Notes under the pieces: model-generated
Told to the model about the DNA's origin: nothing
Seen by the model: only the letters and a program-made list of their open reading frames with translations
The model's database searches: none
Shown here: positions 53,601-64,000 of the stretch, one piece after another
How the letters are laid out: each line of letters starts with the position of its first letter
Numbering within the stretch: the stretch's first letter is position 1
Made by a program: the position numbers and the translations under genes
Assembly (NCBI RefSeq): GCF_033153115.1
Contig: NW_026889774.1
Span: forward strand, 9,486,001-9,550,000
Source of the DNA: Saccostrea echinata
Lineage: Eukaryota
Direction: 5' to 3'
Length of the DNA stretch: 64,000 bases

Positions 53601-56600
53601 TGGTGAGATTGCTTACAAGGAAATTCTGCTTATAATGAGGCCAAAGTCTTGTGGGCCTCATTAGTAGAAAGAGGTATATCGGATATTATGAGATACTCAT
53701 GCCATGGATGATTGCACTGGCTATAGCTCCAGGTAAATAATGGTAATTATCACAGGTATCTGTACACAACTTCTCCATTGGCAATTTATTAAAGGTGTTT
53801 AGAAATAATAATGAATGACATGTTTTATTTTTCAAGGTTCTTAGATATGAATAAATGCACTAGTGCAAATGTGTATATGTTCTTATGATAAACAGAGGAT
53901 ACAGAAAATGCAATGCAGTTTAGCTTGATCATATTGTGCAGTGCAATGACAAACTTATTTAACTCATGACATGTTTTAATTTATTACTTAAGGTTCTTAG
54001 AAATGAATATATGCACTAGTGCAAATGTGTATATGTTTTTAGAATAAAAAGAGGATATTCAATGTTTTGTTTTTAGAATAAATAGAGGATATTCAATGTT
54101 TAGTTGTTGGATATGGAATTTATTTCACAAGTGGGACAGGATTTTTTTTTTATTTTTTCACGATTTTTTACAAAATGTATTTAAATAAACCTTTAATATA
54201 TGAACGTCTATCAGTACTTACAGTACTTTGATTTTTACTTGGAAACATGCTCACATACATGCAAGTCTTTACAAATCTGCTCTCTGCCTGTGAAATGCAG
54301 AGTTTGGATATATCAAATATTGGTTATAACAAGATCTAAACTGATGTCTAGTGCATCTCGATATAATACCTGGAGTCCACTGTATTTAATAAAACAGAAT
54401 ACTGGATCATCTTATCCATTTTGATACATTAATTTTATTCATTTTCCAGGACAGTGATTAAAATTCCAGTACATGCTTCCCTATATATTGATATATCTGA
54501 CAGCTCTTATATTTTGCAGAAAATAGAAGAACTGTTGGCACAGAAGATGGAGGAGGATGAAGATTTTATGCAAAGGTTGAAGACGAACTACATTGCCAAC
54601 TTAAAGCACCATCTGGACATGGACGGCACACTGGAACCTACAGAGGGGACAGTAAAAGCTCTTGAGAAGTAGTTTTTTTTTGTCATAGCTTAAGATGACT
54701 TTAAATAAGTTCAAAGCTAAAATAAAAATTTAAATAAGTTTTTAGCTAAGCTCCACCAATGTGGGTCAAGTATTTTTTTCATTATAGCTGTAGAGATGAC
54801 TTTAAAATCAGTTAAAGGTTAATTTTAACTCATCTCCAACTCTTTGGGTCAACTGCATGACTGATGCATTTTGGAATGCATACAACTGCAGTCTTGTTGC
54901 TCAAAAGCACTGAATGAATGATGAAATTTGACTTCTTCACTTTATTGAACATTTTTTTACTTTGTGTATCTTAATGTTATCTTTATACCTGCAGGGTTAA
55001 TTACTGGATTACCTTTCAGATCAAGTGCAACTGTTTGTCTTGTTGAACCTTGGTCTCCTTGAGCATTGTCAAGATTATATATAAACATAGAAACCTGCAA
55101 TGTTTGGTTAATATTTTTTAGTATAGTTAGTTTTTAATTCCTGTGGAGTATTATTTTCATATTTTAAGTTATCTCCCTTGCCGTACAAGCTCATGCAGTT
55201 GTTTTCTAACCGTTCATCTAGTCTTCATTTTCAGTGTCAATGATTTAGTAATAGATATGACTGTAATCTCCCACAGACCAAACTTATGCTTCAAATTTCC
55301 ATTCCAGATATCCAGAAGATGATCCCATGGTGCAATTTATGCTAGAGTTTGACGGAACAGAACTTGCTGGTGAAAAATGGGATCCAGAAACTGACAGTAT
55401 ATTTTTAAAGGAAGCCATGGATGGCGCTGGTTAGTGAAATTATATAATATTATTGTACATTTTTTTTTCATTCTAAAAACGTATTTAAAAAAGGAAAATT
55501 AGAAAGAATTCAAAATTTGAATTGATTCTTAGTGCAAGTTGCTAAGACTCTATAGCCAAACCATAGCATATCTGTGAAATCTGTAATTTCAATCAGTTCA
55601 ACTGTAAGTTAATTTATTTATCTATTTATTTTTTTTTTATTTTACCCTTTCAAGGCACAAATGAAGAAGCCATCATTCATGTGATAGCCAATCGTACGCA
55701 TGCACAGAGACAGGAAATCAAACAGATGTTCAAGACTGCATATGGAAAGGTATCTTACATGTAAATATAGCAGAACTTGGAAATTTAAATCTGTATGCAT
55801 ATATATGTTACATTTGAGCAAATAATTTTTTCACTCCAAGTTGGCAATCAGCCAAGAGACCCAGGTGAGAAAACTCTTGAGGAAAACAAGAAAATGAAGT
55901 ATTTAATATAAATTATACCTCCTTTTATAGAATCTCAACAACATTATAGATACAAAGTTTATTATATACAAGAACACATATTGGATCATGGGTACTGACT
56001 TACAATGTGTTAATTAAAACTGATCTATCTCCAGGATTAGGGATAGGCAAAGTACACTGTAACACATAAGAAGCAAACAATGTATAACAAATACATGTAG
56101 TTAGTCATTATCAGTATGTAGTACATGTATTTGGTAAATTAAATGAAAATTTGTATGCATAATTCTTTATAGATACATTAGTATAAAAAATGCAGCACTA
56201 TTCTTCAAAATTTCACAGAGTTATGGCCAAATGCTGACACAAATTCATTGTATTCTTAAAGGCAGATAAAAAAAAAATAGCGTAGAAAGTGATGGGGATA
56301 TATTTTTATAGAACCAAAGATTCTGATTCCCTTAAACACTTCTCCATAATACCTGTTAACATTATTTTGCTAGGATCTGATTGAGGAACTGGAGTCTGAG
56401 CTCAGTGGTGATTTCAAAAGTGCCGTGATGTCTTTGTTTGTTCCACCTCATATTTACGATGCCTATTGTATCAAAGAAGCCATTTATGTAAGTTTAAGAA
56501 AAAAAAAAAAACTTTTATGATACATATGCTGGATTATAAGAAAATGGATATAATTTTTGTAAAACTGTTTTTAACACTTTTTTCAGAGTTTAATAGGTGA

Positions 56601-59600
56601 TATTAGTATTAGTATAAGTAATAATAGTAATACAGTATTAATATAATTGTACCCAAGAAGAAGGACAAAAATTTAAAAAAAATGTCACACTGCTAAAAAA
56701 AATCCCTTAAATGTTCAGATTATATGAGAAAAATCATTGAAATCTAAATTAACTTTTTAATTAAAAGTTCATAGTAAATCCGCTGTAAGTTTATGGTAAA
56801 TTGCTGTAAGTATTTGGTAAATTGCTGTAAGTATTTGGTAAATTGCTATAAGTTTATGGTAAATTGCTGTAAGTATTTGGTAAATTGCTGTAAGTTTATG
56901 GTAAATTGCTGTAAGTATTTGGTAAATTGCTGTAAGTATTTGGTAAATTGCTATACGTTTATGGTAAATTGCTGTAAGTATTTGGTAAATTGCTATAAGT
57001 TTATGGTAAATTGCTGTAAGTATTTGGTAAATTGCTATAAGTTTATGGTAAATTGCTGTAAGTATTTGGTAAATTGCTATAAGTTTATGGTAAATTGCTA
57101 TAAGTTTATGGTAAATTGCTGTAAGTATTTGGTAAATTGCTGTAAGTATTTGGTAAATTGCTGTAAGTATATGATAAATTGCTATAAGTTTATGGTATAT
57201 TGCTATAAGTATATGATAAATTGCTATAAGTTTATGGTATATTGCTATAAGTATATGATAAATTGCTATAAGTTTATGGTAAATTGCTGTACTTGTAGTT
57301 ACCTGAGAAACAAATTTTTACTTTTAGATTTTGTTAAACATAATATTGTTATTATTTGTTATTTGTTAACATAATATTTGTTATATATAATATCCTCTGA
57401 CATGAGTAGATTTTGAGAGGAAAACTGGAATTCAGATGTATCATCACTTTCAGAAATAACTTTATTTAATGCAGTATATATCTCTCCACTGAATGAACAC
57501 ATCTTAATTTTCTTCTTTTTGAATTGCAGGGCCTTGGGACAGATGAATCTGTACTTATTGAGATTTTTGGTACTAGAACACCAAAGCAGATAAAAGCAAT
57601 TAGAGAAGTTTACGCTGATGGTAATATTTGTTTACAATTCAGAAAGTTTTTGGCAGTCATATAATATGTACAATGTAAACCAACTTTTATTTGGGTGCAA
57701 AATTTTTTTTTGAGTTTCTCAGCTTTCTTTTACTCAAGAATATTTTTTCCCATCAATCTGAATTAAAATCAGATCTTTTGATCTGCTTTTTGAGATGGCT
57801 ACACAAGAATCTGAAGAAACCCTATTAACTGACCTTGTTCAAATGACCTTGGTTGAAGGTCACACCATATCCCTTTAGTCAAAAGTACTAATTCAAGAAG
57901 TGCTGCTTGTGACTAGAGGGACTGAATATCATTTTTTCTCTCAGAGGTCTGAAAAACTGCATGAGGCTTATTTAGAGGGAAAAAATCTACACTCATCTTG
58001 ATTGACTATATAGATCCATTTTTTAAAATTCACTTTGTTTCTAGTTGCAAGCCCAAACAGAAAAGAAGGGGATACTCTAGTTGAACAGGACATTGAAGAT
58101 GACACGAGTGGTGATTTCAAACAGTTCCTCATATCTGCATGTCAGGTATCAAAGTTTTAAATTTAGAAAGCTATTTAGTTACTTAAAGTGGAAGAGATAA
58201 TGATTTTGTTGCCTCTTTATGGGTCACTGTTAAACTGGATAACAGTAGTTATATTCATGATTGAGTCACTCTTTGGAACATATGTGTCCTGATGAAGGAA
58301 TTACGATAGAAGTATGCTGATGATTAAGAACACTGTTGTTGAATGCAGATTTTCAAGATGATTACTGGGCTGTGTCTTACAAGATCAAAATTGAAGAGAA
58401 AAAAATTCAGAATGAAAGAAAAGAACTTTTATAAAAATTGCAGATGCTATATGTTTATTTCTTGATTTCTAAAGGATACTTGTATTAAAATAAGTATTTT
58501 ATATTATGTTTTACATAATATTCCCAAATTTTTTTCTTTGTAAAATGAACCCAGTTGTTACTTAACCAAAACCTAAAGATGAAATAGGAGTATCATTAAT
58601 GAAAGAAGAGAAATTTTCCAAAAATAAAAAAGAAATTTTTTATCATTCAAATTTTATGTTTGAAGAAGGTGATTTATTTCAAATTATACATTTCAGGGTG
58701 GACGACGAGAGCTTGACCCAGATACATTAGAGGAAGCAGTGGAACCTGTCACTTTTGAGGACAGACCAACAGGGCAGTTCGTCATCAACATGGAAAAGCT
58801 AGTAAATATGGGTAAAGCCAAACGTGATGCTCAGAAACTGTTTGAGGTCACTGAAGATCAGCTTGGTACCAATGAAGAGGAAATGATTCGTATCTTCGCA
58901 GTTCCGGAGGTTTACCAGTCGAGGGCCACTTATGATGAATATGTTAAGGTAATTCCCTCCAGGGATTAAGTGATTGTTCTGAAGAAAAAGACATATTTCA
59001 TTATCATTGGATTCTATTCATTGAAATCATTGTTTATATATAGCCACTTTCTTAAGAAAGAGTATTTTTGAACTGAAATATTAAACCGAAATAATACATT
59101 TATCTAATCGATTACTTATCAGCTGACTCAAAGAGATGTCGAGAACACTATTGATAGGGAAACTTCTGGAAACTTTGGTAAAGGACTTCTAACTATGGGT
59201 GAGTTGTACGTTTATGGCCATCTTGTTAGTAAAGGAATTATTTTCCATTTCATAAGATTTTTATTTTTCATTCATGTGATGGTAACCATCTTTCTGTAAA
59301 TGTAATGCAAACACATTCTCTATTACCATGGCTATAATCTTGAGAATAAGTGTACATGTATACATTTTGATTTTTTGATTGACAGTGATGGCTCTGAAGT
59401 GCCGCCCAAAGTATTTTGCTGAACGCCTTGTGTGGACCATGAAGGGGCTTGGGACACACGACTCAGATCTTATCCGTGTCATTACAAGTAGATCAGAGGT
59501 AAATGTCTTTAAAATTTTATAATCGAAGCTTAAGTTCGGCTATAAAAATAAATTGAATAGCTAAATTACAAGTGTGACTTACAATTCTGCTATTTATTAA

Positions 59601-60045
59601 TTTATTTTTGTACCCAATTCAAGTGAAGTTAAAGAGATTAGACAAAAATTCATGAATTACTACATGTATAAATAAGTGGAAAATCAGTAGAGATTTAATA
59701 CTTATCACAGTCATTCATAGAAATCAAATATTTTGGGAATGTCTTGAGTAGGATTTATGTACTTAGAGGCTAGATTTACTTTACTAACGAAGCTCAACAA
59801 CACGTATTGCACTGCATCTGAATGACCATGTAATTGCATCTCCTTTGTCGATCTGCTTACATTCTAAGTATACATATATTTATATATTATGCTCTTTAGT
59901 AAGTCTGTTTTCTCTGTAGATTGATATGGTCCAGATCAAGGATAGTTTTCTGGAAATGACCAAGCAGACATTGTATAATTGGATCGACCAGGATTGTTCT
60001 GGTGACTACAAGAAACTTCTCATGGCCATTGTGGGCAAAAATTAA
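50626..60045 (+). CDS. Annexin (four-repeat core) with a long ANXA7/ANXA11-like G/Y/P/Q-rich N-terminus, ~539 aa
   Basis: In-phase exons: 50626-50640, 50812-50913, 51499-51513, 52552-52650, 53270-53419, 54520-54668, 55308-55429, 55655-55749, 56374-56487, 57530-57620, 58045-58145, 58697-58948, 59123-59198, 59386-59498, 59920-60045(TAA) = 1620 nt. Endonexin folds: AMDGAGTNEEAII..ELSGDF, AIYGLGTDESVLIEI..DTSGDF, EDQLGTNEE..ETSGNF, MKGLGTHDSDLIRVITSRSEIDM..DCSGDYKKLL. Confidence 0.95.
53815..54100. repeat. Local intronic direct duplication (~85 bp)
   Basis: ATGACATGTTTTA..AAGGTTCTTAGA.ATGAATA.ATGCACTAGTGCAAATGTGTATATGTT occurs twice (~53815 and ~53966). Confidence 0.8.
56770..57290. repeat. 21-bp minisatellite in an annexin intron
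   Basis: ~25 copies of GGTAAATTGCT(G/A)TAAGT(A/T)T(T/A)T. Confidence 0.95.
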
Positions 60046-61324
60046 TTCAACTGACCAGAATTGTTGTGCTGACTAAAAGAATATTATCAGGATAGTTACG
60101 TTTGTCACATGTTAGATTATTACACACTTTATATGCTGAATGATAAAATGTGAAAACCAAAGACAGGGGGTGTTTTCTCTTGGACTTTTTTTTTTTTAGG
60201 TCTTTTCATCAGAAAAGAAAATTTGTGAAAATTTACAGTAATTGAGAAATAACAATTCTGAAGATAAATACTTTAATTATGTAAAGATCTTGACTATATT
60301 CGAAATAAATTCTTGTTTTAAAATTGTGAAATACTTCTTGAAATGAAGTGGAATCATGAGCAAATAGTTTTTCTTGTCATATATGTTTGATCTCTTTGCA
60401 AACTCTTAAACGTACTGTTATGGTCTATTTATTGGTTTATGCTTGAAATTCAAAAGAAATTCGATTGTGATGAAGTTTATTGTTTTGATTTTGTTTATAT
60501 TTCATTTTACAATGAATGACTATGTTTTGCATTTTTTATGAACAGCACTGTAGATCACCTAGGCATACATACAAATTGAATAATGCACTTTGTGAACATT
60601 GTATGCAGTAACCTGTGTCGTTCATGTGAAATGCAAAATATAATCATATAATTAATTCTTACATTTACATTTTACTATTTAATATTTGAAAGGTTATATT
60701 TTTTGAAGTCTTTTATTTCTCAAATACTTTTTTTCCGGGATGTAACTTTGTATATTGCTACAATATTACATTCATTTTGTGAGTAAAACTATCTAGAATG
60801 TTGTTATAAACACATATCTGTAAACATGATTTATTAATTTTATTGACTTCATAATTTGGTGATCAATTGAAGTTAACAATTTGTTTTTAACAGTATTTTT
60901 GGGGACAGTATATGTTTACATTAAAAATGACACAAATTCAGTAATGTTTTCCAGATTCTATTTTGATTCAGATTTTTACCATAAATATTACATAATTTAT
61001 TGAGTGCAAGGTCTATATGTTATTAATTTTTTCTTGTAAGAATTGATTTTTGCAAGTCGCTGAAATAAGCATTGTTCTTATACATGTGTACTTTAAAAAA
61101 AAATCATGAAATAATCTTTCACTTGTATACTGTGTGAGGGCACAAGTATAGGATACATTGTATTTGAAAGAATGGAGAAACATTCCCTCTTTCTCTCCAG
61201 TGTGCAGTTCATTACTTGATGGTAAATGGTAAAATGTATCTTTCTACTTTTTATTGTGCATAATTTTATTGGGTTGGGTCTCCTTAACTCCGTTATGATG
61301 TCATCTGTTAGAAACATACAAATA

Positions 61325-62544
61325 CAGTGGCGCCGCGGTAATCCGGACGCCTCACCTTCCGGACGATATTTTTTGGGAACCGATTTTTTCCACGTTATTC
61401 TGTCTCATTAATCCGGAAATTCGCGTTCCGGATCCGGACGGTCAATTTCTACTACAAAACGTAATATTTCGTTGAAAAATGACTCGTTTATCCGGACGGT
61501 AATTTTTCGAGGAACGACTTTTCACACCTTTCTTGCAGTAGTGATAATTATTGTAAAAACATTGTCCGTGGAGTCAGTGTGACCTCTAAACAATAGCGTC
61601 TATAATTAGCGTGTGTTTACCTCAGATAAAACACACGTCTTTTATATTATGAAGCCCGAAGAATTTAGCTTATATTGTGCATTAATTCAATTGCTAACGG
61701 TATATAAATATATGAGAATTTTGGAGAGCTGTAAATAAAATATTTTACTGAATAATAAATCACGAGATTTTGTTGTGATATCGTGTTGCGTAAGTTTATC
61801 AAAATACGATCGTACATTATTTGAAACGTTTTTTTTTCTTTTCATAAGACAATTTAATATTATGATACATAGTTCAAAAAATATATATCTCTATTAATGC
61901 ACTAAGAAATACGTAACTGGCGTTAGTTATAAATGCCGATCACGTCTTTTCAAGATATATAACTTAAGAGTTTATAGAAAAAGTATTGATTATCCTGAAT
62001 ATGGCTTGTGTTTACGCTGAATGTTTGCAATACGTACACTGATTGCAGTATTTAGTTACTTACTTCCCTATGTAGTGAATATACGCGGTTAGTCATTTGA
62101 ACATTCTCAATGGTGATAATGAACAGTTCTACTTAATATGAGCTTGAATAAATTAAAAAAAAATGTGCCGAAATAAAACAGTAGCAGATCAAAATTTGGT
62201 CAGCCCATGTAACTACACGTCAAATAGAAGGCGAGTAAAGTTTCCTGTGTTAGAAAAGGAAATCTCAACATAAAACTGACTATCCATTTTTCATCGTGTA
62301 AATTACATTTTAATTTTTTCTTTTTTAAATATTTATTATTTCTTTTAAAACTATAAAAATGAAATCAATAAGTCAAGGTAAAATAAAGGTGTTTTCTTTG
62401 CCTTCACATTTGATACCACTATGTTCATATGTACATGCTTTAAGAGGGTACGTCTTTTAAGAAGTGATTCACTTATCTGGACGATTCATTTATCCGGACG
62501 ATTTCGTTGGGGACGGAGGCGTCCAGATTAACGAGGCGCCACTG
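61325..62544. mobile_element. pogo/Tigger-like non-autonomous DNA transposon (1.2 kb)
   Basis: TA|CAGTGGCGCCGCGGTAATCCGGACGCCTC...GAGGCGTCCAGATTAACGAGGCGCCACTG|TA; repeated subterminal ATCCGGACG motifs; no ORF. Confidence 0.88.
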
Positions 62545-63087
62545 TATGTTACTAAAATTTGACTGAAAAAAAATCCCCTCCCATTTATAACCTGTGATAT
62601 GATTTTTATTTCTCAACTGTACATTTTATTGCAATATATGAGGATATTTTTGAGTAAAATTTTTAAGACATTATCTAAAGTATGTTGTGATTTTTAATTG
62701 ATTTAATTTCCAAAGTTTCATATTGAATGTTAAATTATCAATCAGAATTCTGCCTGGCCATGCCAGCTTAAGTAGTCTTCAGTCAATGCATCCACATGCA
62801 TGAAAGGAAGACATTTGTCCACCAGGGGGACAAAATAGGGGGCCAGGATGTAAATAAATGTCAGTCCCTCTAATGAATTCATAAAAGTGAACTAGTGTAA
62901 TATGATATTAGTTTCTAATTAATATCACAGCCAATGCTTCAACTATTTATACATATATCAAGAAAGTACAAGTTAAAAAATACTTCTTTATCAGGTTTAA
63001 TAAATAAAATGAAAAATAAAATGATTGTTTGATAAAATTTTCAGTAGCAATGCTCAGTTGTTAAAATGTATAACTAAAAACAATGTC

Positions 63088-64000
63088 CTAATCACCACCT
63101 AAGTAACTCTTCCACCGCTTCTTTGGTGGTGACATAATGTAATCTCGAGAACAAACAGATTTGTTGTCAAGCGTATCGACGGCATTAGAGTTACATGGTG
63201 AAAAAGCTGAAGCATCACATGAACTTTCAGTTTTGAAGGTAAATCTTTTGAACAGACGGTAATTAGAAAGGTAATCTGAAAAAGTCAAATGTCTAGCACA
63301 ATTTAATTTTTCAGTGACATTTCCACATCCCTGTTCTTGTGAGGTATACCCATCTTTTGGACCAATTTCCATAAAGGTACTGGGCTGAACAGTGTCACTA
63401 TTATTCTCCATGCAGTCATTAGCACTTCTCATTGAACATTTGCTGCTCAGATTTGAAATATTATCAAGGGAATCACTTGTAAATGGCACAAAACTCTGAA
63501 ATAAAGAGATATTTTTGCTAGAATCATCTATGGATTTAATTCCAACTATATCCTCACTTTTAGTCTGAATGCTTTCATGCTTTCCCATATCACTGCAGAA
63601 GGGCCCCTCAAAATTGTTTGATGTATCAAGGATAATCCAGTGTTTTTCTTTCAACAAAACACCTGTTCTTGTTATTTCTGGTAGTTGTGGAGATATAGGG
63701 GGATGATTTAATGATTTAAATGATGAAAGTAGAGATTGCTTTGATGAAAGCTGTTTTGAAGAGAAAGATGATGATGCTTCATCAATTCCTCTAAGATATG
63801 TTAATTCAGATGACAAGCAATTCTCATTTATATTCGATTCTGAGTGAAATTTGGCTTCTGTTTCTCTGACTGTTTTCTGGCAAGACAAACTGCTTGAAGA
63901 CTCTGTGATGTATTCACCTATAACTTCTCTGTCCTGATTATTCTCTTTAGCTTTCTCAGAGTGCTTATTCAACAACCTCATATGTTCCGAATAGGTCCTA
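63088..64000 (-). CDS. Terminal exon of an uncharacterised Ser-rich protein, convergent with the annexin
   Basis: Frame is open from the window edge to the stop at 63088 (>300 codons in AT-rich DNA); low-complexity Ser/Asn/Glu; ends in SPPKKRWKSYLGGD (NLS-like). Confidence 0.7.
   Translation of the reverse strand, partial: RTYSEHMRLLNKHSEKAKENNQDREVIGEYITESSSSLSCQKTVRETEAKFHSESNINENCLSSELTYLRGIDEASSSFSSKQLSSKQSLLSSFKSLNHPPISPQLPEITRTGVLLKEKHWIILDTSNNFEGPFCSDMGKHESIQTKSEDIVGIKSIDDSSKNISLFQSFVPFTSDSLDNISNLSSKCSMRSANDCMENNSDTVQPSTFMEIGPKDGYTSQEQGCGNVTEKLNCARHLTFSDYLSNYRLFKRFTFKTESSCDASAFSPCNSNAVDTLDNKSVCSRDYIMSPPKKRWKSYLGGD

Noticed and set aside
56793-57374. 193-aa Cys-rich ORF (VNCCKYL)n, superficially metallothionein- or keratin-associated-like
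   Set aside because: It is the translation of a 21-bp intronic minisatellite; a unit length divisible by 3 explains the open frame, and the flanking annexin exons splice in phase without it
373-60045. Functional Ca2+-signalling cluster (IP3R interactor plus annexin)
   Set aside because: The start codons are ~18 kb apart with an unrelated gene between them; adjacency in an animal genome is not evidence of co-function without synteny data

Overview
AT-rich, intron-containing animal DNA, most likely an oyster (Ostreidae), judged from the 166-bp satellite-carrying Helentron-like elements. It is not prokaryotic, and most ORFs in the supplied track are spurious or are exon fragments. Manual GT-AG/phase reconstruction gives four genes. 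(1) A minus-strand ITPRID/KRAP(SSFA2)/Tespa1-family IP3-receptor-interacting gene: 13 in-phase coding exons from 32840 to 373, including a 22-nt microexon, running off the left edge. (2) A small plus-strand orphan type-I membrane glycoprotein gene (~42.7-44.0 kb). (3) A complete 15-exon plus-strand annexin (50626-60045, ~539 aa) with an unusual tripartite N-terminus, a 15-nt microexon and a long repeat II-III linker. (4) The last exon of an unknown Ser-rich gene entering from the right edge. Introns and intergenic DNA hold many transposons: a nearly intact DD34D mariner, two families of satellite-carrying non-autonomous Helentrons (166-bp and 146-bp monomers, one self-nested), pogo/Tigger-, Harbinger- and 5-bp-TSD MITEs, fold-back hairpins, and a Penelope/Naiad-like RT remnant with a structured 3' tail. 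I cannot demonstrate a wholly new biological system. The best leads are the annexin architecture, the regulated-splicing candidates in the ITPRID gene, and the nuclear-receptor half-site-rich Helentron satellite.
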